DNA from: an uncultured Bacillota bacterium
GTDB taxonomy: Bacteria; Bacillota_I; Bacilli_A; RFN20; CAG-288
Direction: 5' to 3'
Length of the DNA: 64,000 nucleotides
NCBI GenBank assembly: GCA_949299015.1
Contig: CASFYT010000002.1
Coordinates: forward strand, 50,781-114,780
Shown here: positions 37,913-48,248 of the stretch, one piece after another
How the letters are laid out: the number at the start of each line of letters is the position of its first letter
Position numbering within the stretch: the first letter of the stretch is position 1
The notes under the pieces: model-generated
What the model was told of the DNA's origin: nothing
The model's database searches: none
What the model saw: the letters and a program-made list of their open reading frames with translations, nothing else
Made by a program: the position numbers and the translations under genes

Positions 37913-39262
37913 ATGCTCGTTTTCGACACGATCTGCGCCCTGGCGACGCCTCCCTATCCCAGCGCCCTTGCCCTGGTTCGGCTTTCGGGACCCGAGGCCT
38001 TTGCCGTCTTTTCCCAGTTGACGCGAAGAAAGGATATGGAGCCGGGACGCGCCTATCTGACCAACCTCTACGAAGACAGGGAGAGGGACGAGACGTACAT
38101 CGACCAAGCCGTCGTCGTCCTCTCCAAGGGGCCGAGATCCTACACGGGGTTCGACTCGGTCGATTTCTCCATCCACGGCTCTCCTCTGGTGGCCGAACGG
38201 CTTCTGAAGGCCTTGGAAGGGAAAGGGGCCAGGAGGGCGGAGAGAGGAGAGTTCTCGGCGCAGGCCTACTACAACGGAAAGATGGACCTGCTCAAGGCCC
38301 AGGGAATCAACGACCTGATCCATGCGACCTCCCGACGGGCGATGGAGCTGGCCAACCGGACGCTCAGCGGGGACAACAGCCGCAGCGTCGAGGAACTGAA
38401 GAAGAAGGTCCTTGCCCTCATCGCCCAGCTGGAATACTACGTCGAGGACCAGTATTCCGACGAGAAGGACGACTACGACCAGGCGCTGGAGAAGGCGGCA
38501 AGGACGATCGAGCAGGAGATCCTTTGCTGGCAGAAGACGCTTTCGGGGACGAAGAGGAACAATCGCGCCTACCAGGGAATCCAGGTCGCAATCGTCGGCG
38601 AGCCCAACGTCGGCAAGTCGACCTTGCTCAACGCCCTCCTTGAGGAGGACAAGGCTATCGTCTCATCCCGTCCGGGAACGACGCGGGACGTCGTGGAAGG
38701 CACAAGGGAAATAAACGAAATTCAATTTGTATTCAAGGATACGGCTGGAATCCGAAAATCGGATGATGAAATTGAAAATATCGGGATTGCCAAATCATTT
38801 AAGACGATACAGGATGCTGATCTTGTCCTGCTCGCTTCCGACACTGGTTTTTCCTCCCTTTCCCAAGAAGAGGAGCTCTCGAAGGTCCTGGAGGGGAAGC
38901 GGGTCCTCAAGGTGGCGACCAAGAAGGATCTCGGCGTTCCGACGCAAGGAGCGGACGTCGTCCTCTCCTCCCTGGAAGGGGACCTCTCTTCTCTGATCGA
39001 GAAGATGTTCTCGTCTTTGGACTTGACGCAGAAGGAGGAATCCTCCTTCCTGGGAAAGCGTGAGGAACGCTATCTGGAGACGATCGTCTCCGAGCTTTCC
39101 GCAGCGAGGAAGGCCGTCGAGGAGACGAGGCAGATCGACATCGTCTCCGATACGCTCCGTCAGGTCGTCGCGACCATCAACGAGCTGCTCGGCGCCGACG
39201 AGGGAAAGACCATGGAAGACATCTATCAGACGCTCTTTTCGAGCTTCTGCCTTGGAAAGTGA
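37913..39262 (+). CDS. mnmE: tRNA modification GTPase MnmE
   Basis: DTI.A.ATP, GEPNVGKS, GTTRD, DTAG, C-terminal FCLGK. Confidence 0.95.
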   Translation: MLVFDTICALATPPYPSALALVRLSGPEAFAVFSQLTRRKDMEPGRAYLTNLYEDRERDETYIDQAVVVLSKGPRSYTGFDSVDFSIHGSPLVAERLLKALEGKGARRAERGEFSAQAYYNGKMDLLKAQGINDLIHATSRRAMELANRTLSGDNSRSVEELKKKVLALIAQLEYYVEDQYSDEKDDYDQALEKAARTIEQEILCWQKTLSGTKRNNRAYQGIQVAIVGEPNVGKSTLLNALLEEDKAIVSSRPGTTRDVVEGTREINEIQFVFKDTAGIRKSDDEIENIGIAKSFKTIQDADLVLLASDTGFSSLSQEEELSKVLEGKRVLKVATKKDLGVPTQGADVVLSSLEGDLSSLIEKMFSSLDLTQKEESSFLGKREERYLETIVSELSAARKAVEETRQIDIVSDTLRQVVATINELLGADEGKTMEDIYQTLFSSFCLGK

Positions 39263-39273
39263 AGGAAGGGAAC

Positions 39274-40059
39274 ATGCGGATCATCGATACCCACTGCCAT
39301 CTCTATGACGAAGCCTTTGCGGCCGACCTTCCGTCGGTCGTCGAGAAATGCCGCCTTGCGGGCGTCGTTTCGGCGGTCAACAACGCCGATTCCCTGGAGG
39401 CCTTCGGGAAGATCCTTTCCCTGCAGGAGCGTTTTCCCGACTTCTTCCTCTCCGCCCTCGGCATCCACCCGGAGTTTGCCACGAAGGAGGATGCCTATCT
39501 GGAAAGGGCCTACGAAGAGATCCGCCTCCATGCTTCGGACATCGTCGCCGTCGGGGAGATCGGCCTCGACTACCACTACGACCGAAGTCCGGAGACGAAG
39601 GCGAGGCAGAGGAAGGTCTTCCGCGACCAGATCCGCCTGGCGAAGGAACTCTCCCTGCCAATCGTCGTCCATAGCCGCGACGCCGACCAGGAGACCTTCG
39701 ACATCCTGAGGGAGGAGCTCCCTCCCCGGGTGGACCTCCACTGCTACTCGGGGTCCGTCGAGCTGCTTCGGGAGTATCTCCGTCTTCCCTTCCGCTTCTC
39801 GATCGGCATCGGAGGCGTCGTGACCTTCAAGAACGCCCGCGTCATCAAGGAGGTCGTGAAGGAAGTGCCCCTTTCCTCCATTCTGAGCGAGACGGACGCC
39901 CCCTATCTGACGCCGACGCCCTATCGCGGGCAAAGGAACGACCCGTCCTATCTCCCCCTTGTCCTCCAGGAGATCGCTTCGCTTCGCCAACGGGACGTGG
40001 AGGAGGTCGGCAAGGCGCTTCATCACAATGCGGAGGTATTCTATGGAAGAGAACGTTGA
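39274..40059 (+). CDS. tatD: TatD family hydrolase
   Basis: IDTHCH, GIHP, GEIGLDY, HSRDA, HCYSG, ETDAPYL motifs. Confidence 0.95.
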   Translation: MRIIDTHCHLYDEAFAADLPSVVEKCRLAGVVSAVNNADSLEAFGKILSLQERFPDFFLSALGIHPEFATKEDAYLERAYEEIRLHASDIVAVGEIGLDYHYDRSPETKARQRKVFRDQIRLAKELSLPIVVHSRDADQETFDILREELPPRVDLHCYSGSVELLREYLRLPFRFSIGIGGVVTFKNARVIKEVVKEVPLSSILSETDAPYLTPTPYRGQRNDPSYLPLVLQEIASLRQRDVEEVGKALHHNAEVFYGRER

Positions 40060-40597
40060 ACGACATCCCGAACGCCGCTATCTCTATGTCTGCGAAGGCG
40101 TGACGGACGAGGACCGGCTCAAGAAGCTGGGGTGCCTCTTCGTCCTTCCGACGGGAGGGAAGTATATCCGAGGCGAGATCCTGGAGTTTCTGAAGCTGGC
40201 CCATGAAGTCCGGGACATCGTCCTCGTGCTCGATCCCGACGGCCCGGGGCGACAGATCCAAGCCCTTGTGGAGAAGCGCGTGGGAAAATGCCTCGTCGTC
40301 TCCGTGGAAAAGAAGAAGGCGATTCGCAAGGAGAAGGTCGGCATCGCCCAGATGGCGATGGAAGACCTGAAGGAGAAGCTCCGTCCCTTCGTCCTGCACG
40401 ACATCATGGTCGACGAGAACCTTTCCCTGGACGACGAAGACTTCTATCGGCTCGGTCTCGTCGGGGACGGATCCGCCGCCCGAAGGAAGAAGCTGATCGA
40501 ACGATACCACATCCCCTATTCGTCGGCGAAGAAGGTCGAGGACGGACTGCTGATCCTCTCCGTCCGTCGTCCGGATATCGAGGAGGTCCTCTCGTGA
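40043..40597 (+). CDS. rnmV: ribonuclease M5 (Toprim + DUF4093)
   Basis: VCEG..D, DPDGPG..I, LGL.G...A.RR; tatD-rnmV-rsmA synteny. Confidence 0.82.
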   Translation: MEENVERHPERRYLYVCEGVTDEDRLKKLGCLFVLPTGGKYIRGEILEFLKLAHEVRDIVLVLDPDGPGRQIQALVEKRVGKCLVVSVEKKKAIRKEKVGIAQMAMEDLKEKLRPFVLHDIMVDENLSLDDEDFYRLGLVGDGSAARRKKLIERYHIPYSSAKKVEDGLLILSVRRPDIEEVLS

Positions 40598-41406
40598 CAG
40601 AAAGAGAACGAACGAAGAATCTGCTCAAGGAATACGGTTTCGTGGCCAAGAAGTCCTTCGGCCAGAACTTCCTTGTCGACGACGGCATCATCCGTCGCAT
40701 CCTCTCCCGTATGGATGTTTCCACCTTTGACCTCGTCATCGAAATCGGTCCTGGCCTCGGCGCCCTTTCCCTTCCGCTTTCCAAGGAGGCGAAAAAGCTC
40801 GTCCTCGTCGATGCCGATCGCGACATGGTCCGCGTCCTCCGAGACCTCTTTCAGGGGACGGAAGTGGAAATCGTCCAACAGGACTTCCTGCGCTTCGATC
40901 CTGACGAGTACGGAACGGCTGACAACCGCCTCTTTGTCGGAAACCTTCCCTACAACATCACGTCGAGCCTTCTGGAGTATTTCCTCCAAAAGGGATTCCG
41001 CACGGCCGGCTTCATGGTCCAGAAGGAAGTCTACGAAAAGCTCGACTACGTTCCGGGCCGGAAGGAGAACGCCCCCTTGGGAGCCTTCCTCAAGGCGTCG
41101 GGCGATCTTTCGCTGGTGACCTTGGTCGACCGCTCCGCCTTCGATCCCTCGCCGAAGGTCGACTCGGCCTTCCTCCGCTTCGACCGGACCCATCCTCAGC
41201 CCTTCGAGCTCTACCCGGTCTTCAAGGCGCTCTTCAAGGATCCCAACAAGACGATCGGCAACTGCCTGAGACAGTTCGACCTCTACCGGAAGGCCCTGGA
41301 AAGTCTCAAGGAGCGAGGGGACGAAAGGCTTTCCCGGAGGGCGAGGCAGATGACGCCGCAGGAATTGGCGGACCTTTCCAAGGAGGTCCTTTCTCTCTCG
41401 AAGTGA
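40594..41406 (+). CDS. rsmA: 16S rRNA dimethyladenosine transferase
   Basis: KKSFGQNFL, EIGPGLG, GNLPYNIT, PKVDS; GTG start. Confidence 0.95.
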   Translation: MTERERTKNLLKEYGFVAKKSFGQNFLVDDGIIRRILSRMDVSTFDLVIEIGPGLGALSLPLSKEAKKLVLVDADRDMVRVLRDLFQGTEVEIVQQDFLRFDPDEYGTADNRLFVGNLPYNITSSLLEYFLQKGFRTAGFMVQKEVYEKLDYVPGRKENAPLGAFLKASGDLSLVTLVDRSAFDPSPKVDSAFLRFDRTHPQPFELYPVFKALFKDPNKTIGNCLRQFDLYRKALESLKERGDERLSRRARQMTPQELADLSKEVLSLSK

Positions 41407-41425
41407 GGGGCGAAGGCCCCTTTTT
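41406..41425 (+). terminator. intrinsic terminator after rsmA
   Basis: AGGGGC-GAAG-GCCCCT followed by T run. Confidence 0.65.
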
Positions 41426-41529
41426 GTTTCTTCCTTCCTGGTGGTCTCTCCCGGATGGAAAGGGAAAGGAAACAAGGAGCCATTGAAAGCTCTATTATCT
41501 TAATTATATGCTTCCTTTGCGAAACAACC

Positions 41530-41576
41530 TGTCACCTGTTTTCAAATTGCCATTTTTTCCCATAAAACAGGGGACA
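41530..41576. repeat. 13-bp inverted repeat with 21-nt spacer upstream of GH2
   Basis: TGTCACCTGTTTT ... AAAACAGGGGACA (one mismatch). Confidence 0.6.
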
Positions 41577-41635
41577 ATTTTCATCGGGGGGGGGTTGTTT
41601 TCGCGTCAAAATTTGCTTAAAACATATAGTTGACG

Positions 41636-41649
41636 TGAAATCGCTTTCA
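41636..41649. promoter_or_regulatory. cre site (CcpA/LacI-type)
   Basis: TGAAATCGCTTTCA fits TGWAANCGNTNWCA; just upstream of the GH2 RBS. Confidence 0.75.
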
Positions 41650-41665
41650 GTTAAAGGAGGACGAT

Positions 41666-44600
41666 ATGAGCGTAAAGCGTAAGTCATTATTTCTCCTTCC
41701 GGCCCTGATCACTGTCATGTCCATTTCCTTCGTGGGCAAGGACGGCATGCAGCAGATCGGGGTGGGACTGTCGAAGCTCGCCGACGACGGAGTCCCGGCC
41801 TATACCCCGGCCGACGACTTCACCGACATCGACTTCAACTTCGACTGGAAGTTCCAGCTCGGAGACTCGGGTGTTGCGGACGAAGCCCGCGAAAGCTACG
41901 ACGACAGCTCCTGGCGGGACATCTCCCTGCCACACGACTGGTCGATCGAGCAGGACTTCGATGCCAACATCCCGCCGGCCATGGGTATGCTCCCTGCGGG
42001 ACAGGGCTGGTATCGCAAGCAGTTCACCCTGGATGCCGATGCCCAGGGCAAGAAGGTCTTCATCAACTTCGACGGCGTCTACATGGATTCGGACGTCTAC
42101 GTCAACGGTGTCCACGTCGGAAACTATCCCTACGGATACATTCCTTTCTCGTACGACATCACGCCGTTCCTTCGCTATGACGATGTCAACACCATCGCCG
42201 TCCGCGTGAACTCCCCTCTGGGCAACGGACACAACTCCTCCCGTTGGTATGCGGGTGCCGGCATCAACCGCGACGTCACCCTCTCCTTCGAGAATCCGAC
42301 GCACCTGGAGAGAGGCGGCGTCTATTTCACCAACGAGCTGGAAGGATCGATCGACGGCGCCGGCGCCAACAGCCCGATTCAGAAGGGCGAGAACGCCCTG
42401 GAGATCGCCACGGCCGCTCCGAAGACGGAGAACGTGACGACCAGCGCCCACATCGAGGCACGCAACACCTCCAGCGCTCCGATCACGGTCATGGCGCGCG
42501 TCTCGGTCTACGACTATGACACGGGCGCCCCGATCGAAGGAGCGACCAACTTCGAGTCCGAGCCGGTCACGCTGCAGGCGGGCGACTATCAGACGATCAA
42601 GTTCGACTACGTGATGCCGACCATCCATCTCTGGGACATCAACGATCCCTACCTCTACAACATCAAGACGGAACTGGTCAATACGGAGACGGGTGAGGTC
42701 ATCGACTCGACCGTCACGCGTTATGGATACAAGAAGTCCGTCTTTACCTTCAACGACGGCTACTATCTCAACGGACGCTACGTCAAGCTCTATGGAGCCT
42801 GCATGCATCCGGACCAGGGAGCCCTGGGCAACGTCGCCGACTACGAGGCGGTCAACCGTCAGATGCGCATCATGCACGAGATGGGCGTCAACTCCATCCG
42901 TACGGCGCACTGCCCGTTCTCCGAGACCTTCATGAGGGCCTGCGACGAAAACGGCATCCTCGTCATGGAGGAGTGGTACGACATGTGGACGGGCGCCAAG
43001 AACAGCGACGATTACCACAACTGGTTCAACGTCGAAGTTCCGACGGACGAGAACCATCCCCTTGTCGAGGAGGGCGACCGCTGGTATGAATACGACCTCC
43101 GCATGACCCTTCGCCGCGACCGCAACTGCCCTTCGGTCATCATGTATTCCCTCGGAAACGAAATCTCGGGCTACGACGGCAACTACGAAGGCTACGCCAA
43201 GAACATGAAGGCGGAAGTCCGCAGGAACGACGACAACACGCCGGTCACGATGGGCTTCCCGATGTGGGGCTGGGACGGACAGGCGACGCGCTACGATAAT
43301 ACGGAACAGTGGAGAGTTGCCAACACGCTCGACATCGTCGGCTTCAACTATCCTTCCCTCGGAAGCGAGGACTACGACGATAGCCACAACAACTACAACT
43401 GGATCGTCTTCAACTCGGAGAGCTCCTCGGCCTGGAAGTCGAGAGGCTATTTCCGCAACGACTGGGGAAGCATCGAGGGCGTCAAGAACCAGAAGTCTTC
43501 CCTCGACTACGACAACCACTTCCACACGATGAGGGACGAGTGGGTCGCCGACCGCGACCGGCAGCACGTCCTTGGCGAGTACATCTGGACGGGCTTCGAC
43601 TACATCGGCGAGCCGCAACCCTTCGACGGCGGTTCGGATCCTTCGAAGTCTTCCTACTATGGTTCGGTCGATACGGCCGGCTTCGAGAAGGCTGAGTTCT
43701 ACATGCTGAAGTCCCAGTGGGTCACGATGGAGCAGGAGCCCTTCGTCAAGGTCGTCAACCACGTCAACCTCGAGGACGACAACCTCCGCCGTCAGATCAC
43801 GACGAACATGGACGGTGAGACGGTCGAGCTCTGGGTTTCCTCCAACGCCTCCTCCGTTCGCCTGACCTACGTCGATGACGAAGGCGTCGAGCAGGAAATC
43901 GGCTTCAAGGATTGGGACCAGAGCCAGAGCCCGAACCCGATGATCCGTCTCCAGGAGCCTCTGGGCAATCCGGAGCAGTATTCGGACAAGCTCTATCAGA
44001 TCTTCCAGATCGACTGGTCGGTTCTGCAGGGACACGACGTCCGCGCCTACGCCTATGACAAGCCCAGCAACGAAGTCGTGCTGGAAGGCGAGGGAGCGAC
44101 CGTCCCGATCGCGACCGACGTCGTCTATCACTCCAACGGTTCGGAAGCCATCAAGCTGACGCCCGAGAAGCGCGCCATCCGCGCGGACGGACATGACCTC
44201 TCCTACATCGAGGTCGACGTCACCGACGAGGAAGGACACATCAACCCCAACGCCATGGACACCATGACCTTCTCCATCAAGGGCGACGGCGAGATCGTCG
44301 GCGTCGACAACGGCGATGCCTACGGCAAGGAAAGATACAAGTACTTCGAAGGGGATACCTGGACGAGAAGCGCCTTCAACGGAAAGGCCCTTGTCATCGT
44401 CAAGTCGACCCAGGAAGAAGGAAGCTTTACCCTGACGGCCCAGGGTGCGGGCCTGACGCCGGCGGAGACCACGGTCTTCACCACGGCCGAAGGCAGCGAG
44501 GTCGTCAACTATGCGGCCGAGACCATCTCCCTGACCATCCAGAGCGGCTCGACGATCGACGAGCTGCGCGAGACGCTCCCGGCGAAGGTCAGCATCTACT

Positions 44601-45805
44601 CCAGCGATGGACAGACGGGGCTTTCGGGCGATGTCACCTGGGATACGGAAGCCCTGAGGGATTCCGCCCTCATCAAGAACAACACCTTCTTCCTCTTCGG
44701 AACGGTCGCGGGCGAGGAGTACCAGAACGTTCAGGCCAAGTGCATGGTCACCATCACCGACAACGTCGAGTACAACGTCGAGTCCTTCAACCTCATCACG
44801 ACTCCGGGCGTCACTCCGGAATTCCCGGCGACGGCGATGGTCACCGCGAGCACGGGCGACGTCACGGAAGCCGAGATCACGTGGGTCGGCGACTACAACA
44901 TGCCTTCGAAGTATGCCAATCCTTACACCTACTACACGGCGCAGGGCTACGTCGAAGTCAACGGAAAGCGCCTTGACGTCTTTGCGACGGTCAACATCAT
45001 TCCGGAAGATTCGGTCAGCGAAGGCCAGATTCAGGCCACCTCGACCGAGTGCTCCTATCAGGAAGGCGTTCATGCGGTCACGCAGCTGACGGACAACGTC
45101 ATCGGCGGAACCAACGGCTGGGGAAACTGGGAGGCGCACGGATATGTCCGTACGGGCGACTGGGTCCAGCTCGACTTCGGCGAGACGACGATCCGTTCGC
45201 TCAACCTCTTCTTCCTGACGCAGCCCGACGACCAGTGGGCCTACACCCTGCCGGAGAGCATCGAGGTCAGCTACCTCCGTGCCGGCCAGTACGTCCCTGT
45301 CGAGAACCTCCAGGGACCGGAGACCTTCAAGTCCATCGATGAGGAGACGACTCCCGACAATCCGGCGGATTATGCCAACCAGGTCACCTTCGATGCGGTG
45401 AAGACCTCCTCGATCCGCGTCACCTTCAACGTCGATCAGGACGTCAACCACAACGCGGCCCACGAAGATCACGGAGCCCAGTCCGGCACGTCCTACACCA
45501 TGCTCAAGGTCTCCGAGATCCAGGTCTTCGGCGACGTCATCGACAATCTCTCGCCGGAAGCGATGATCGGCGACGTCTGGATGAACGGCGTCCTCTTCGA
45601 GGACTTCGACTACAACACCTTCAACTATCGCATCGGCGTCCCGAACATGGAATCCGCCCCTGTCATCCAGGCCAACGGCATCTTCGGCTCCTCGGTCGTC
45701 GTCGAACAGGTCGAGTCGGCCCTGGGCCAGGCCCGCATCATCGTCACTTCGGCCGATGGACTTCACAGCCTCGTCTACACCTTCAGCTTCTACATCATCG
45801 ACTAA
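41666..45805 (+). CDS. secreted multidomain GH2 glycoside hydrolase (beta-galactosidase-like)
   Basis: Signal peptide; LPHDWSI, FDGVY, SRWY.G.GI.R, IRTAH, SLGNE, WTGFDYIGEP; C-terminal Ig-like, discoidin-like and cadherin-like modules. Confidence 0.93.
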   Translation: MSVKRKSLFLLPALITVMSISFVGKDGMQQIGVGLSKLADDGVPAYTPADDFTDIDFNFDWKFQLGDSGVADEARESYDDSSWRDISLPHDWSIEQDFDANIPPAMGMLPAGQGWYRKQFTLDADAQGKKVFINFDGVYMDSDVYVNGVHVGNYPYGYIPFSYDITPFLRYDDVNTIAVRVNSPLGNGHNSSRWYAGAGINRDVTLSFENPTHLERGGVYFTNELEGSIDGAGANSPIQKGENALEIATAAPKTENVTTSAHIEARNTSSAPITVMARVSVYDYDTGAPIEGATNFESEPVTLQAGDYQTIKFDYVMPTIHLWDINDPYLYNIKTELVNTETGEVIDSTVTRYGYKKSVFTFNDGYYLNGRYVKLYGACMHPDQGALGNVADYEAVNRQMRIMHEMGVNSIRTAHCPFSETFMRACDENGILVMEEWYDMWTGAKNSDDYHNWFNVEVPTDENHPLVEEGDRWYEYDLRMTLRRDRNCPSVIMYSLGNEISGYDGNYEGYAKNMKAEVRRNDDNTPVTMGFPMWGWDGQATRYDNTEQWRVANTLDIVGFNYPSLGSEDYDDSHNNYNWIVFNSESSSAWKSRGYFRNDWGSIEGVKNQKSSLDYDNHFHTMRDEWVADRDRQHVLGEYIWTGFDYIGEPQPFDGGSDPSKSSYYGSVDTAGFEKAEFYMLKSQWVTMEQEPFVKVVNHVNLEDDNLRRQITTNMDGETVELWVSSNASSVRLTYVDDEGVEQEIGFKDWDQSQSPNPMIRLQEPLGNPEQYSDKLYQIFQIDWSVLQGHDVRAYAYDKPSNEVVLEGEGATVPIATDVVYHSNGSEAIKLTPEKRAIRADGHDLSYIEVDVTDEEGHINPNAMDTMTFSIKGDGEIVGVDNGDAYGKERYKYFEGDTWTRSAFNGKALVIVKSTQEEGSFTLTAQGAGLTPAETTVFTTAEGSEVVNYAAETISLTIQSGSTIDELRETLPAKVSIYSSDGQTGLSGDVTWDTEALRDSALIKNNTFFLFGTVAGEEYQNVQAKCMVTITDNVEYNVESFNLITTPGVTPEFPATAMVTASTGDVTEAEITWVGDYNMPSKYANPYTYYTAQGYVEVNGKRLDVFATVNIIPEDSVSEGQIQATSTECSYQEGVHAVTQLTDNVIGGTNGWGNWEAHGYVRTGDWVQLDFGETTIRSLNLFFLTQPDDQWAYTLPESIEVSYLRAGQYVPVENLQGPETFKSIDEETTPDNPADYANQVTFDAVKTSSIRVTFNVDQDVNHNAAHEDHGAQSGTSYTMLKVSEIQVFGDVIDNLSPEAMIGDVWMNGVLFEDFDYNTFNYRIGVPNMESAPVIQANGIFGSSVVVEQVESALGQARIIVTSADGLHSLVYTFSFYIID

Positions 45806-45817
45806 GGGAGAAACCAA

Positions 45818-48037
45818 ATGAAAGGCACGAAAATCAAGCTTCTGACCCTCTCGCTCCTCTCTCTTTCCCTGGGTCTTGTCGCCTGCAACGAGACGTCTTC
45901 GACGACTTCCTCCTCCCTTCCCTCCTCGACGACCTCCAGCAGCTCCTCTTCGAGCAGTTCTTCTTCTTCGACTCCGACGGTCGTCGAAGTCGAGTCTGTC
46001 TCCCTGGACAAGACTTCCCTGGACCTGAAAGTCGGGGAATCGGAATCCCTCGTGGCGACCGTCCTTCCGGAAGAGGCAACGGATAAGACTCTGACATGGA
46101 CGAGCGACGACGAGACGGTCGCGACCGTCGATAACGGCGTCGTCACTGCTGTGGCGAACGGAGAGGCGGTCATCACCGTCTCCTCCGCCAACGGCAAGAC
46201 GGCCACCTGCGCGGTGACGGTCACCACGGCTTTGGAAGACTTCACCCTCAACGCGACGTCCCTCGAGATGATCAAGGGCGACACGTTCCAGATCGAAGCC
46301 GAATTCGATCCGGCGACCGCCTCGGACAAGACGCTCCGCTATGAGACGGGCAACGACGCGGTCGCCACGGTCTCGGCGACGGGCCTTGTCACGGCCATGG
46401 CGCGCGGAACGACCACCATCACCGTGACCTCCGTCGCCAACCCCAGCATCAGCAAGACCATCGACGTCTCGATCCGCAACACCGAGACGGAGATGAAGGA
46501 GCTGACGGTGGACGTCACCTTGGACCGCTACCTCTCCATCAACGCCGACCTGCTTCTCCTGACGGAACAGTCGGGCTATGCGATCGAAGACGGCATCGTC
46601 ATGTCCGATAGCGAAGGAAGGACGCACTTCACGACGACGCTGACGAACGTCGAAGTCGCGGGCGGAGAAAACGCCGCGGCCTTCGAATACAAGATCCTTG
46701 TCGTCCCGCATCTCGATGCGGACGGATACGGCTATGCCTACTCCTATCCGGCGGACGGAACGGCGGAGGCCATCGGAACCCTCGCCCTTTCGGAGCTGAC
46801 CGCGGCGGAGAAGGAAAGCGGCACGAAGACGGTCACCCTGGAGAACCTGGAAATCGATCGTCCTCCGTTCGTCGATGACGACAACCGCTCCTACTTCATC
46901 ACCCGCTTCTACTCGGTCGACGACAACAACGCCAACATCACCGACCGCTACATCGGCGGCCTCGAGATCATGGACGAGGAAGGAAACCTTCTCGACAGTT
47001 CGGAGGATTACGCTACGGTCGCTGTCGGCGAGAACTACAAGGTCCGCGTCACCTTCCAGCAGCAGGCGGAAGGCATCCTTCTGATTCCGGAGGCGACGGA
47101 AGGTCTCTTCAACGAGAACGAAGTCGTCTTCGAGCAGACGGACGAGGATGGTTACGTCTTCGAAGCGACGGTCCTGAAGTCCAGCAAGGACACCAACCTC
47201 AAGATCTACGTCGAGCAGCAGTACGGAATGAAGATCGATGAAGCCTTCCTTCCGCTCGTGACCCGCGTCACGGTCGGCGAGGACGAGATTCCTCAGGAGC
47301 AGTGGGGTGAGCTCCATTACTATCCGGCGCTCTCGGAGATGCAGATTCAGTTCTCCTCCGAGGCGGCGGAGTATACGACCGACTACCAGATCGTCGGCCA
47401 GAAGATCAACGCTCCGGATTCCTACGCCTTCGAGTCGACGGCCATTCTGGGCTTTGCGAGCGTCCTCTCCTATCACACCACGTTGACCAGAAACGACGTC
47501 AACGTCCTGCTTCTGGAGCAGCCCAAGGCGCTGGAAGGAACGCGGTTCAACCTCCTCGATCCGGACTTCCCCGATCCGGTAGACGCCTATTCGGACGGCA
47601 AGTCCTATAACGACGGTGGCGCGTTCAACGATATGTTCGACGGCGACTACACGGCCAAGACGTGGTCGACGTGGCGTCAGCCCGGAGCCGGCGGTCAGGA
47701 CGGTGCCGACTGCTGGATCGAGTTCCGTTGGAACTGCTACTACACCATCAGCGAGCTCCACGTCTGGTATTTCGGAGATGAGGGTATGATTCCGGTCGAC
47801 TTCCGCGTCGAGTACGAATCTCCGGACGGCAAGTTCGGCGAAGAGGATGGCAACATCCTCCGCAAGGATGCCGGCATCACGATTGCGGACGAACAGAACG
47901 TCAACGGGCACGACAACAACTACGTCTTCAACGATGGAGAAGGAATCGTCACCAATCGTCTCCGCTTCCACGTCCAGGCCGACGTCGGCAGCTGGGTCTC
48001 CATCTCCGAAATCGAAATCTACACCGACCTCGCCTAA
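45818..48037 (+). CDS. lipoprotein with Big_2 domains and C-terminal discoidin/CBM32-like domain
   Basis: LVAC lipobox, Ser/Thr linker, two Big_2 motifs, MFDGD....WSTW...WIEF...ISEIEIY. Confidence 0.85.
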   Translation: MKGTKIKLLTLSLLSLSLGLVACNETSSTTSSSLPSSTTSSSSSSSSSSSSTPTVVEVESVSLDKTSLDLKVGESESLVATVLPEEATDKTLTWTSDDETVATVDNGVVTAVANGEAVITVSSANGKTATCAVTVTTALEDFTLNATSLEMIKGDTFQIEAEFDPATASDKTLRYETGNDAVATVSATGLVTAMARGTTTITVTSVANPSISKTIDVSIRNTETEMKELTVDVTLDRYLSINADLLLLTEQSGYAIEDGIVMSDSEGRTHFTTTLTNVEVAGGENAAAFEYKILVVPHLDADGYGYAYSYPADGTAEAIGTLALSELTAAEKESGTKTVTLENLEIDRPPFVDDDNRSYFITRFYSVDDNNANITDRYIGGLEIMDEEGNLLDSSEDYATVAVGENYKVRVTFQQQAEGILLIPEATEGLFNENEVVFEQTDEDGYVFEATVLKSSKDTNLKIYVEQQYGMKIDEAFLPLVTRVTVGEDEIPQEQWGELHYYPALSEMQIQFSSEAAEYTTDYQIVGQKINAPDSYAFESTAILGFASVLSYHTTLTRNDVNVLLLEQPKALEGTRFNLLDPDFPDPVDAYSDGKSYNDGGAFNDMFDGDYTAKTWSTWRQPGAGGQDGADCWIEFRWNCYYTISELHVWYFGDEGMIPVDFRVEYESPDGKFGEEDGNILRKDAGITIADEQNVNGHDNNYVFNDGEGIVTNRLRFHVQADVGSWVSISEIEIYTDLA

Positions 48038-48047
48038 GTCTTATACG

Positions 48048-48082
48048 AAACGCCCTTCCGCGGAAGCGGAGGGGCGTTTTTT
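48048..48082 (+). terminator. intrinsic terminator
   Basis: AAACGCCCTTCCGC-GGAA-GCGGAGGGGCGTTT followed by T run. Confidence 0.88.
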
Positions 48083-48248
48083 CTATCTTGGGCAACGTCT
48101 TTTGAGGGCAACGGCTATTTCGAAGGCGTGGAGAAGTCCTTCCTCTCTTCAACGTTTTTTGAACCGTCGAAAGTCCGAGGAAGGAAAACGGACAAATATC
48201 GATTTGAATACGGCTTTGCTTTCCACATGAGCCGTCCATCATTCTCTA

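Noticed and set aside
41586..41594. G9 homopolymer upstream of GH2 as a phase-variation switch
   Set aside because: Could not be placed between clear -35 and -10 elements, so it cannot be supported without read-level length variation.
41687..47971. 2094-aa antisense ORF (also 307-3516, 15044-17863, 33174-36149, 22123-24468, 48357-50678 and similar)
   Set aside because: Shadow ORFs opposite well-supported genes. The strong C/G-ending codon bias removes antisense stops, and the translations have no recognisable motifs.
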